This document shows positions 26,586 through 35,231 of a stretch of 50,000 bases of DNA, piece by piece. Within the stretch, counting starts at the first letter, position 1. The number at the start of each line of letters is the position of its first letter. The notes under the pieces are model-generated. The model ran no database searches. It worked only from the letters and a program-made list of their open reading frames with translations, and had not been told where the DNA came from. This stretch comes from Deltaproteobacteria bacterium (lineage in GTDB: Bacteria > Myxococcota_A > UBA796 > GCA-2862545), in the NCBI GenBank assembly GCA_038123735.1, contig JAYPAP010000010.1, forward strand, positions 1 to 50,000. Direction: 5' to 3'. A program made the position numbers and the translations under genes.

Positions 26586-28963
26586 CTCTGCGTTCGCCTT
26601 CGTCTCAGGAGGCCTACGAGCAGGAGCGTGAGCAAGCCTCCGCCCACCGCCGGCGATGGGATACTTGAGCAGCTGAGTCCAAGAAAGCCCTTGCGCTCCG
26701 AACAATCCGTGTTGTGAGATGCGCTGCCGGGGAAGATGGATGCATCGCTGTCATCGCAGTCGCCGAGCTGTGGCGCCGGCGCGCCGTTGAGACACACCCG
26801 GACTTGAACATTGGTCCCCCAGCCGTCACCGTCCGCATCGGCCCAGGTGCGATCGCCGTCGGAAGGGTCATCGTCGATTTCACCGTTGCAGTCATTATCA
26901 AGTTCGTCGCAACGTTCTTCGTTTCCAGGAAAGACATCTGCGTTGGAGTCATCGCAGTCATCGGTTCCTTCGCCGAAGCCTGCCGGTGGGTCACAGTCCT
27001 TGGCGGTAGTGCCTTCCACGCCAAAGCCATCGCCATCGGCATCTGGATACCAATCGACCGCTCCGCTCGCGTTGGGGCCGTCTATGACTTGGTCGCAGTC
27101 ATCGTCCTTGCCGTTGCACACCTCGGGGGCGCCGGGCTTGATGGATGCATCGTTATCGTCGCAATCGTCAGGATAAAAGACCCCATCGTTGTCATCGTCG
27201 ACGGAGCATCGGACATCATTTCGTTGCTCAGAAACCCAGGTTTCGCCCGTGGTTTTGTCTTGAAGTGTGATGCGGAAGAAGGTGCGACCATTTCCGATGC
27301 ACTCCATGGGAATGGAGCCAGTAAAGGCGACGCCCGAGTCGGCGTTGCTGGAGTTGGCCTCGGCGGGTGGAGAGTCCACCGACGTCACGCCGAGCTCAAT
27401 ATTGGTATTTGTTGCGACTAAGGTGGCTTTGAGCGAATTCGTGTCGACGAGGCCGCCGTTGGACAGGAGCAGCTTTAGTCGGAAACTCTCTCCTCGCTCG
27501 ATGACGCCATCGCCATCGCCACCCACACCGTCGTCGACGCGAACTGTGGCGCTTGGAAGTGGAGTTGAGGCGTAGTACTCGGCCTCATCGAGCGCGCCCG
27601 GGAGGTAGAGGCGAGAGCCGTGCAGCACGCACTTGGCCGTACTGCCGCAGTCCAGGCTGGAAATCGGCTCGGAGCCGTCGATGATCGCCTGACGGACTTG
27701 GGCCCTGGTCAGTTCGGGGTATTCATCCCAAAGAAGCGCGGCGCCGGCAGCAACGAGCGGTGCGGCGAACGAGGTACCTTGGGCAGTCCGTAAATCGGTC
27801 GAGCTATCGATCCCCAGACTGCGGATACTCGAGCCCGGGGCCCCGATGTCGACGCCTTTGGCGCCGTAGTTGGAGAATGAGGAGCGGCGGTCGCGGTGGT
27901 CGGTGGCTGCTACCACGATGTCGTCGGTGACGTTAAAGTCAATAGGAAAGTCGACTTCGCTGTCCACGTCTCGATTGGCGTTGCCGGCGGCAATGACGAG
28001 AAGGGTGTCCGACCGAGAGATGGAGGTCATCGCTGTTGAGACGGCGGGAGTCGTCATGTTGCCGAGGGTCCACGAGGCATTGATGACCTGAGCTCCGTTA
28101 TCTTCGGCATAGTACAGGGCTTCCGCCAGCTGCACGTCGGTCAGGCGGCAGTCTGTGTCGGATACCATCTTGAGCGGCATCACTTTTCCCGCCCAATGAA
28201 CACCCGCTATGCCCGAGTTATTATTGGTACGAGCAGCAATCTGGCCCGCAATGAATGTCCCGTGGCCCGGAGCGCAAGAGACCCCACTGCTGCTGGTGCT
28301 CGGCAGGTCACGAGGGTCTGGGTCGTTATCGTCGTCGCCGACATCCCAGCCTTCGCAGTCATCGATATACCCATTCCCGTCGTCATCCTTGCCGTTTCCG
28401 CAGATCTCACCGGGCGGTTGGTAGATTCGACCAGAGAGCTCCGAGTGCCCAGTGTAGACCCCGGAGTCGATCACAGCGACGACAACGCCGGCCTCTCCCC
28501 GGGTGATATCCCACGCGTCGACGGCGCCTATATCTGCACCGACAATGCCTGGGCTTCCGCTGATCGTCGTACCGGTGTTGCGTAGGTACCATTGGGCGCC
28601 GAGGAGGTCGTTTGGCGTGGCCGTGAAGTGGATCTGGAACGCAGCCTGCACCACCTGGATCTCATCGCGCCCCTGCCAGTGTTGAAGCACATCCTCGGGT
28701 GAAAGTTGGGCATTACAGTTCACAGTCACCCAGTCCCGCTTCCCCCAGGCATGGCTTGGAGCGCAGTCAGGATGGACTCCGTGCAGGTCTTCTACCGAAA
28801 AGCCGGGAGTCAACCGAACCGCATATTGGCCGGGAACCACGACATGAGCATTGTTCACGTTTTGATGGTACCGCGCCAAGGCGTCATCATCTGCGGCAAA
28901 CGCCGTGACTCCTATCGAAAGGCTGATACCAACGGTCAACAATCCAATCCGCGGTCGATGCAT
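26582..28963 (-). CDS. S8 family (subtilisin-like) serine peptidase with C-terminal MopE-like Cys-rich repeats and a MYXO-CTERM-like sorting tail
   Basis: The catalytic triad is VAVIDSGV (D), HGTFIAGQI (H) and GTSFAAPLVAG (S), after a signal peptide. Three repeats follow the pattern DCDDxDAxIxPGxxExCNGxDDDCD. The tail is GLSCSS...GGGLLTLLLVGLLRRRR. Confidence 0.95.
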   Translation of the reverse strand: MHRPRIGLLTVGISLSIGVTAFAADDDALARYHQNVNNAHVVVPGQYAVRLTPGFSVEDLHGVHPDCAPSHAWGKRDWVTVNCNAQLSPEDVLQHWQGRDEIQVVQAAFQIHFTATPNDLLGAQWYLRNTGTTISGSPGIVGADIGAVDAWDITRGEAGVVVAVIDSGVYTGHSELSGRIYQPPGEICGNGKDDDGNGYIDDCEGWDVGDDDNDPDPRDLPSTSSSGVSCAPGHGTFIAGQIAARTNNNSGIAGVHWAGKVMPLKMVSDTDCRLTDVQLAEALYYAEDNGAQVINASWTLGNMTTPAVSTAMTSISRSDTLLVIAAGNANRDVDSEVDFPIDFNVTDDIVVAATDHRDRRSSFSNYGAKGVDIGAPGSSIRSLGIDSSTDLRTAQGTSFAAPLVAAGAALLWDEYPELTRAQVRQAIIDGSEPISSLDCGSTAKCVLHGSRLYLPGALDEAEYYASTPLPSATVRVDDGVGGDGDGVIERGESFRLKLLLSNGGLVDTNSLKATLVATNTNIELGVTSVDSPPAEANSSNADSGVAFTGSIPMECIGNGRTFFRITLQDKTTGETWVSEQRNDVRCSVDDDNDGVFYPDDCDDNDASIKPGAPEVCNGKDDDCDQVIDGPNASGAVDWYPDADGDGFGVEGTTAKDCDPPAGFGEGTDDCDDSNADVFPGNEERCDELDNDCNGEIDDDPSDGDRTWADADGDGWGTNVQVRVCLNGAPAPQLGDCDDSDASIFPGSASHNTDCSERKGFLGLSCSSIPSPAVGGGLLTLLLVGLLRRRRTQS

Positions 28964-29000
28964 CGTTTTGCCCCCTCAGCCAGAGACTATACCTCGAATA

Positions 29001-31442
29001 TCAACCGTTGGGCTCTTCTTTTCCCTCATGCATCCAGTACTGGAGAAGTGGCGATACAAGGGCGAGAAGAATCGACGAGATGACAGCGGCGAGCGCGATC
29101 GTGCCGAATACGTATCCATAGACGTGGACGGTCTCAATGGGTGGTGGAATCGGCTCTTTTGCCTCGACTACCTCGGAGAGTTCCTCCCCTTGCTCTGCTT
29201 CCGAAGCCTCATTCGCCTCTGGTGCTGCGTCTTGAGCCTGAGAGCCATCATCGGCTGGTGAGGCATCCGAGGCTGGGGAGGCGGCGCTGACGGCGCTGTC
29301 CGTATCCCCTGGGGCTTCGGCAGTTCCAGGAGCGTCGGTGTCCGGTTGGTCTGTATCGCCCGCTGGAGCGTCCGTGTCGCCAGGAGACGCGGGGATGTCA
29401 GTGTCCGACGATTCGTCGTTCTCGACGGGGGGATCGGTGTCTGCCGGGGTGTCGCTGTCTGATGGCGCAGGTGAAGGCCCTGGTTCAGCTTCAGACGTCG
29501 CCGACTCGGTGGTGTCGGCCGGCTTTGATTCGTCCGCGTGGGGCTTGGCCTTTGCGGGAGCTGTGAAGGTCGCGATGATGGCTGCCAAGTATGCCGAGAA
29601 GGCGGTGGCGAGGAACCATCCGCCCATAACGGTGCTGACTAGCCGCTTTGGAGACAGCTTCGTAACCATGGATAAGCCGACTGGAGATAAGCAAAGCTCA
29701 CCGGTGGTGTGGAGAAGGTAGCCGAGGAGAAGCCAGCCCATCCAGACCATGCCGCGATCCGTCGATGCGAAGGTTGCACCGTACCAAAGTGCTCCGAAGC
29801 CCAATCCGAGCTGGAGAAGGCCAAGAGCAAACTTCAATGACGTATTGGGCTCCAGTCGAATGCGACCGAGAAAGGTCCACAACATGGCGAAGGGGATGCC
29901 AAACAGGAGGATGAAAATGGGGTTTGCAGCCTGGAAGGTAGAAGCAGGAACCTCGCTGCCTTCGAGTCCCATGCCCACGTGGCTCTCGTCGATTTTCCAG
30001 GTGACCTGCATCGGATCGGGCGCTGAGGCTTCGCTTTCGCTGCCGGTGAGCAGGGCGATCGCCGGTGGCGTCTGGAGAAGTTGCTCGAAGATACCTGGTT
30101 TCGCTGTGGCACCCTCAGCAGAGTCGGACTCGTCTTGGTCTTCGCCGGCGCGGAGGGCATCGAGGTCGTCGATAGTAAAGACCTCTCCTTCTTGCGAGTA
30201 CCCAAGTTGCTCCTGGCTTACTTTAAAGGTGATCTCGGAGCCAACCTCATCCGCTTGAACCGTGCGGGCCTCGAATACCCGGTCCACGTTGCGGTCGGTG
30301 AAGTTGTTGACGGATGAGCCAGCCTGCTCAAAGAAGGCCCAGAACAACATGCTGAAGAACATCAGAATCAGCACGACAAAGAGGCGCTCACGCTCAATCT
30401 TCGGGCTGCGAATAGCTTCAAACGCCAGGTACCCGATCGCCAAGAAGCCAACGATCAGAAGCACCAATCCGGCAGGTCGCGAGACTTCGTGCAGCAGCGT
30501 GCCGACGAGGATGCTGAGGGTCGAGCCATTATTGGTGAGGCTTTGGATGAGTTCGCCAGGCACAATCTCTACATTAATGTTGGCCCAGACCAGGCCGGCA
30601 AGCAGAGGAACGACCAAGATGGCGCCGATGTAGACGGGGATCTCGAATCGCTTGAGAAGGACGGGGTCAGGCGCTCCTCCATCTTCTGGCTGCAGACCTT
30701 CTTTGCCCATCGCAATGAAGGCCACAACGCCAGCAATGAACAGGCACACGGCCACAAATGTGTTGACGAGCAAGAGCAGCATAGAGGATTGCACCAGGAT
30801 CATCGCCGAGCCGGTGATCAGCGCCCCCGCGAGGACCATGAAGCTCGCAACCCGGGAAGGAAGCACGAAGATGGCTAGCCCGACCAACATTCCTAAGGTG
30901 GCGAGACCAAAGCCGTAGTGCCAACCCAAGGTCTCTCCCACGAGGCCACACAGGAGGGGGGCCGCAGCAGCCCCAAGGTTGATGCCCATGTAGAAGATGG
31001 TGAACCCGCCATCCCGACGCGGGTCGCCGTCTGGGTAGAGATTGCCGACGATCGTAGAGATGTTGGGTTTGAAGAACCCATTGCCAACGATCAGAAGCGC
31101 CAAGGCGGTAAAGAACGCATAGGACTGTTCAATACCCATGACGAGGTGGCCAGCTGCCATCAGCAAACCACCGAGCACGACGGCCCGACGGGCGCCCAAG
31201 AGCCGGTCCGCGATCATGCCGCCAATAAATGGGGTCATGTACACCAACGCCGTGTACGCGCCGTACACCACGTACGCATTTTTGTCCTCATAATTGAGGA
31301 AGCCCTTGATCATATAGAGGACGAGCAGGGCCCGCATACCGTAGTAGCTGAAGCGCTCCCACATCTCTGCGAAGAACAGCATGAACAGGGCTGTGGGGTG
31401 GCCGAACAGGGTCGGGCGTTCAGTCGGAGCGGCAGTCGACAT
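29001..31442 (-). CDS. POT/PTR2 family proton-dependent oligopeptide transporter, enlarged (813 aa)
   Basis: FAEMWERFSYYGMRALLVLYM (ExxERFxYY), GFFKPNIS and FFEQAGSS are present. There are two large non-canonical loop insertions (see findings). Confidence 0.95.
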   Translation of the reverse strand: MSTAAPTERPTLFGHPTALFMLFFAEMWERFSYYGMRALLVLYMIKGFLNYEDKNAYVVYGAYTALVYMTPFIGGMIADRLLGARRAVVLGGLLMAAGHLVMGIEQSYAFFTALALLIVGNGFFKPNISTIVGNLYPDGDPRRDGGFTIFYMGINLGAAAAPLLCGLVGETLGWHYGFGLATLGMLVGLAIFVLPSRVASFMVLAGALITGSAMILVQSSMLLLLVNTFVAVCLFIAGVVAFIAMGKEGLQPEDGGAPDPVLLKRFEIPVYIGAILVVPLLAGLVWANINVEIVPGELIQSLTNNGSTLSILVGTLLHEVSRPAGLVLLIVGFLAIGYLAFEAIRSPKIERERLFVVLILMFFSMLFWAFFEQAGSSVNNFTDRNVDRVFEARTVQADEVGSEITFKVSQEQLGYSQEGEVFTIDDLDALRAGEDQDESDSAEGATAKPGIFEQLLQTPPAIALLTGSESEASAPDPMQVTWKIDESHVGMGLEGSEVPASTFQAANPIFILLFGIPFAMLWTFLGRIRLEPNTSLKFALGLLQLGLGFGALWYGATFASTDRGMVWMGWLLLGYLLHTTGELCLSPVGLSMVTKLSPKRLVSTVMGGWFLATAFSAYLAAIIATFTAPAKAKPHADESKPADTTESATSEAEPGPSPAPSDSDTPADTDPPVENDESSDTDIPASPGDTDAPAGDTDQPDTDAPGTAEAPGDTDSAVSAASPASDASPADDGSQAQDAAPEANEASEAEQGEELSEVVEAKEPIPPPIETVHVYGYVFGTIALAAVISSILLALVSPLLQYWMHEGKEEPNG

Positions 31443-31662
31443 GGATACCTCGTGTAAATGCGGGGCAGGGTCGCACGCTGGACGGATTGGCGCAACAAAG
31501 ATGTAGCGGATTTAACCGGGTTCTTGTTGGGCGGCGGTTCGGCTGAGTGAAGCTCGGGAACTGCCTGCGGTGTGGCGAGATGGCGTCGGCCTCACTTCGA
31601 CCCAGAACGCTCATCGGGCACGGGCGCGAGGCAGGTGAGGCTCGACTGAATCTAGATGGAGA

Positions 31663-32637
31663 CTAGGAACGTCGAAGCTCCCACACTTCGAGCTTTTCCT
31701 TGGTTCTACGTCGAGATCCATCCGGATTTTTTCCAGGAGGCGCCTTGCGTTGGAGGCGTTGCACGAGCTGGAATCTACCGCGCTCGTGCTCTTGTTCGAT
31801 CGGGTGAGGCACGTCGGGCTGCACCAACCGAATCAACGTGGAGAACACGATAACCACGCGCCCGTGCGTAGCGACATGCTCGTGCGCCTGGTCAAAAAAG
31901 CGGGGGAAGAGGTCCGGTTCGAACACCATGGCCCCGTCGAGTAACGAGCGGGGGGCACCCTGCGTCCAGGGAGGATTGAATACGATCACGTCCATGGGTT
32001 CGGATGGCTCGGCCAATAGGTCACCGACGAGGGGCGTGATCGGCGGTGGCGGGCTTCGTCGTGCCAGCTCGCGCTTCACGCTCTCGATAGCGTTCGGGTT
32101 GCGGTCGGTGGCTCGGACCTGCTTGAACCCTGCACGAATCAGCTGAAAGGAAAGAATGCCGCATCCGGTGCCAACATCCGTCGCGACATTTCTGGGGCCT
32201 TCGTATTGGCTGAGCCAGGTGCCAAATAGCTCGAGGTGGGTCATTCGGATCGGTGCATAGGTTCCGTAGAATGGATGGAGTCGGTGGCCCAAGACCGGGA
32301 AATGAACCCCTTTGTGGAACCACCGCCAGGCTTCGTTGAGTTCTACTGCGGCCCGAAATGGAAGCGCGAAGCTGCCTTCCTCGTAGAGGTCGGATAGAAA
32401 TCCATTTGCGGGAGCATCTCGAAGCTGGATGCGGTGCTGCTTTACGCCAACCAAGACACCCTCGGCCAGGTTGGGATCGAGCGCTTCCAAGAGGCGCAAT
32501 CCGGTCTCATAGCGATCGGAGATAAGGACAGGCCGACCCTGGGATAGTAGTCGGTGCACTTCTCGGATAGGGGTGGACTGATCGATGGACTGCGCGCGTA
32601 CATCGTGAAGAGGCTCAGGTCGGAGGAGTCTGGACAT
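31663..32637 (-). CDS. class I SAM-dependent methyltransferase with NPPW motif (PrmC/RsmC-like N-methyltransferase)
   Basis: Motif I is VATDVGTGCGILS and motif IV is VIVFNPPW. ATG 32637 is chosen because the track start at 32763 overlaps the upstream gene. Confidence 0.8.
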   Translation of the reverse strand: MSRLLRPEPLHDVRAQSIDQSTPIREVHRLLSQGRPVLISDRYETGLRLLEALDPNLAEGVLVGVKQHRIQLRDAPANGFLSDLYEEGSFALPFRAAVELNEAWRWFHKGVHFPVLGHRLHPFYGTYAPIRMTHLELFGTWLSQYEGPRNVATDVGTGCGILSFQLIRAGFKQVRATDRNPNAIESVKRELARRSPPPPITPLVGDLLAEPSEPMDVIVFNPPWTQGAPRSLLDGAMVFEPDLFPRFFDQAHEHVATHGRVVIVFSTLIRLVQPDVPHPIEQEHERGRFQLVQRLQRKAPPGKNPDGSRRRTKEKLEVWELRRS

Positions 32638-32720
32638 GGGGGCGTCTACCCCAGCCAATGGGCGAGGGCTCGTGAAGCTGGTCGATGTTCGATGAAGTCC
32701 AGCCTCTTTCCCGGTGATTG

Positions 32721-34127
32721 TTAGGGGAGTCTGTCGAACATCTCCTGCACGCGAAGGAAGCACTCCGTCTGCTGTTCAGTCGCCGAATACTCGATCGCCC
32801 CGAGGTCTGCAGTCTCGCCGCGAGGATGACCACAGAAGTCCCAAGGTGCATCTGCGGATGTTGTGACACGTTCGGAGAGCGGACGGCTATCCGCGATCGC
32901 TAGGTTCCCCATCCGTGGGTCGGTGAACAAGCTGGCTGCCGTCGTCGCATCGACGATCGCGTTATCACTCTCGACGAGACTTCGTTCGGCATAGTCGGTA
33001 TTAAAGCCATTTTCGAGGAGGTTGGAGTTCCAGTACGTGTCGTGATCGGGGTGGCCGACGTAAAACGCCCCGCTCCGCTTCCCAGTGGAGAGGACCGTGT
33101 TGTGGAGGATCTTGGACTCCCGATCGCTGGAGACCATGATCCCTGCCGAGCTACCCCCATTATCGCAGTTGAGAATCACGTTGTTGCGAATCAGAGCTTC
33201 CTGGTTTTGTCCATTCTCGATGCAATCCCCAATGCCATCTTGGTCGTCGTCGCCGTCGCAGATAGACGCGGGAGCACCGTCACCGAGTTGGATTCCGCGA
33301 ACGGTTTCGCCGTCTCCAAGGTTCTTTTCGCACACGATGAGGTTTTGTTCCACCAGCATGCCGAGGGTGGAGGCTTTGGGGTACACCGCGGAGGCTGATT
33401 TCGGAAGAGACGCTGGGGCACCGTAGTCGCCGAAGATGTTCCCGCGTACGACATGGGACTTGCCGCCATCGAGATTCAGCACGTTGTGAGGGGCATTATT
33501 GGCGACGTATTTGGTGTTGTACCAGAGATTCTCAATGAACATGATGCGGTCGGGAAAGGCCTTCGCAGGGCCCGAATCGACCACTTCGCCATTCAACTTC
33601 ACGTGTGAGGCAAAGTCGACGACTTCGTTCGTTCTAAAAATGAGGTCGTCGGCATCCCCTACGATGTGGAATGCATGTTCACAACTGGTGTTAGACGTAC
33701 ATGCTCCGCGGACCACGAGGTTTTCGAAGATCCAGTATTTACCATAGATCTTGAAATTCTCGATGTGGCGCAGGTTGAGCGTCACGTCGCCGAGGGTCTC
33801 AGCTCGTAGGAAGATCCGCTCTGCCGCTGTGCCATCCGCAGTCACTCGAATCAGTTGATTAAAATCGTACTCTCCAGGTTCGATCGTGATGACATCACCT
33901 GGGGATGCTGCGGCGATCGCTGCGAGGATATCGGTCTCGGAATCCACTGGGACGCGCGTCCCGCCCTCGTGCGTTGGGCCATTGTCCGGAGCGTAGATAT
34001 CCGATGTCTGTCCAGGCTTATCGGTGTCGGAAGGGGAGACTGTGTCCGTATCGTCGCTCGCTGATGGTGTGTTGCCGGTGCAGGCGAGCGTCAGCAGAAC
34101 TGGCAGAACTGAAAGGTGCAAACGCAT
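32721..34127 (-). CDS. secreted right-handed parallel beta-helix protein (PL6/chondroitinase-B-like lyase fold, tentative)
   Basis: MRLHLSVLPVLLTLAC is a signal peptide with a possible lipobox. PGDVITIEPGEYDF...ERIFLRAETLGDVTL...WIFENLVVRG resembles the PL6 N-terminus, with repeated NN..xxN beta-helix turns. The functional call is tentative. Confidence 0.6.
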   Translation of the reverse strand: MRLHLSVLPVLLTLACTGNTPSASDDTDTVSPSDTDKPGQTSDIYAPDNGPTHEGGTRVPVDSETDILAAIAAASPGDVITIEPGEYDFNQLIRVTADGTAAERIFLRAETLGDVTLNLRHIENFKIYGKYWIFENLVVRGACTSNTSCEHAFHIVGDADDLIFRTNEVVDFASHVKLNGEVVDSGPAKAFPDRIMFIENLWYNTKYVANNAPHNVLNLDGGKSHVVRGNIFGDYGAPASLPKSASAVYPKASTLGMLVEQNLIVCEKNLGDGETVRGIQLGDGAPASICDGDDDQDGIGDCIENGQNQEALIRNNVILNCDNGGSSAGIMVSSDRESKILHNTVLSTGKRSGAFYVGHPDHDTYWNSNLLENGFNTDYAERSLVESDNAIVDATTAASLFTDPRMGNLAIADSRPLSERVTTSADAPWDFCGHPRGETADLGAIEYSATEQQTECFLRVQEMFDRLP

Positions 34128-34417
34128 GAAGATCTCACGAAGTGTGGATGGTTGGACGCGAGAAGGCCCTCGGTCACAGATGAGGAGAGACGATGCCATC
34201 TGGTGGGTCCGGTCGCTAGGGGCAGGAGCCGTCCTCCGGTTGGACATCTCGACGCATCTCTCGCAGGTGGGGCAAAAAACAGGATATTTATCCATGTAAT
34301 TGGGTAGGGCTATTGCTTTTTCGGGACTGTGACATGCCCCTTACGGGACCTCGATGCGCGGTAGATGAAGACGCGTACCACAGCACGACAAGGTATGGAT
34401 CGGGAGGGAGAGCGAAC

Positions 34418-35074
34418 ATGCGCCTGTTGACATTGATTGCCGCATTCTTGATGGGGTGTCCGGAAGATATGCCGGAGGATGCTGATATTTTGGTTGTCGG
34501 CGATAGCCTCATGGACTTCAATCGGCCGGATGAAGATGTCGCGTCCGTGATGAGCGGAGAGCTCAGTCTGACGCACGCGTTCTCGGCGGCGGGGGGAACA
34601 ACCTTGCTCGGAGATGAGCGCTCCTCCATCGGCGGTCAGTATGTAGCAGGTCCATACAGAGTTTTACTCGTTTCCGGGGGCGGCAACGACCTCGGCGAGG
34701 GATGTCAATGTGGGGTGGACTGCGATTCGGTCATTGACCAGTTGGTATCTTCTGATGGCTCATCTGGGGTCGCTCGGGATCTCGTGGACCGGGCCATCGC
34801 TGATGGGCTCTCTGTGGTGTGGGTGGGATACATGCGGCCCATGCCGGACGCTGAAGAGTTTTCCGCTTGCGGAGGGGAACTCGATATCATCCGTGACCGC
34901 ATGGCAGCGATGGACCAAGCGCTCGGCGAGATGGTGTTCGTCGATGGGGTCACCGTGGGAGATGGGACAGACCCGTCGATGTACGCGGAGGATGGATACC
35001 ATCCGTCCCCGCAAGGTAGCGAAGGACTGGGGCTGGCCGCCGCGGAGGCGGCACGACAACAGTTGGACCTCTAG
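34418..35074 (+). CDS. SGNH/GDSL hydrolase lipoprotein
   Basis: MRLLTLIAAFLMGC is a lipobox. Block I is ILVVGDSL, GGGND is present, and block V is DGYHPS. RBS GGGAGGGAG lies upstream of ATG 34418. Confidence 0.8.
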   Translation: MRLLTLIAAFLMGCPEDMPEDADILVVGDSLMDFNRPDEDVASVMSGELSLTHAFSAAGGTTLLGDERSSIGGQYVAGPYRVLLVSGGGNDLGEGCQCGVDCDSVIDQLVSSDGSSGVARDLVDRAIADGLSVVWVGYMRPMPDAEEFSACGGELDIIRDRMAAMDQALGEMVFVDGVTVGDGTDPSMYAEDGYHPSPQGSEGLGLAAAEAARQQLDL

Positions 35075-35231
35075 TTTTGGCGCGGGCGCCTTCACGGTAG
35101 AGTGCGTACGAGGGGTAACTTTTGAGGTGTCCGTGCATTCGGAGACCCGTCCGGACGTATCGGAAGCATGGTGGCGGGAGTCACATTCTTGGTGAGCCGG
35201 TTATGCGCCGCGGGCGATAGCGGAGGATGTG

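Noticed and set aside
26714-27421. 235-aa plus-strand ORF, and other long ORFs antisense to the S8 peptidase
   Set aside because: It is the mirror image of Asp/Cys-rich repeats (Ile/Val/Ala-rich). The S8 frame has the complete catalytic triad.
31443-31662. 220-bp gap inspected for a tRNA (including tRNA-Sec) or a small RNA
   Set aside because: I could find no T-arm (GTTCRANYC flanked by complementary 5-mers) and no acceptor/D-arm pairing on either strand. It is probably just the POT promoter region plus the end of the methyltransferase transcript.
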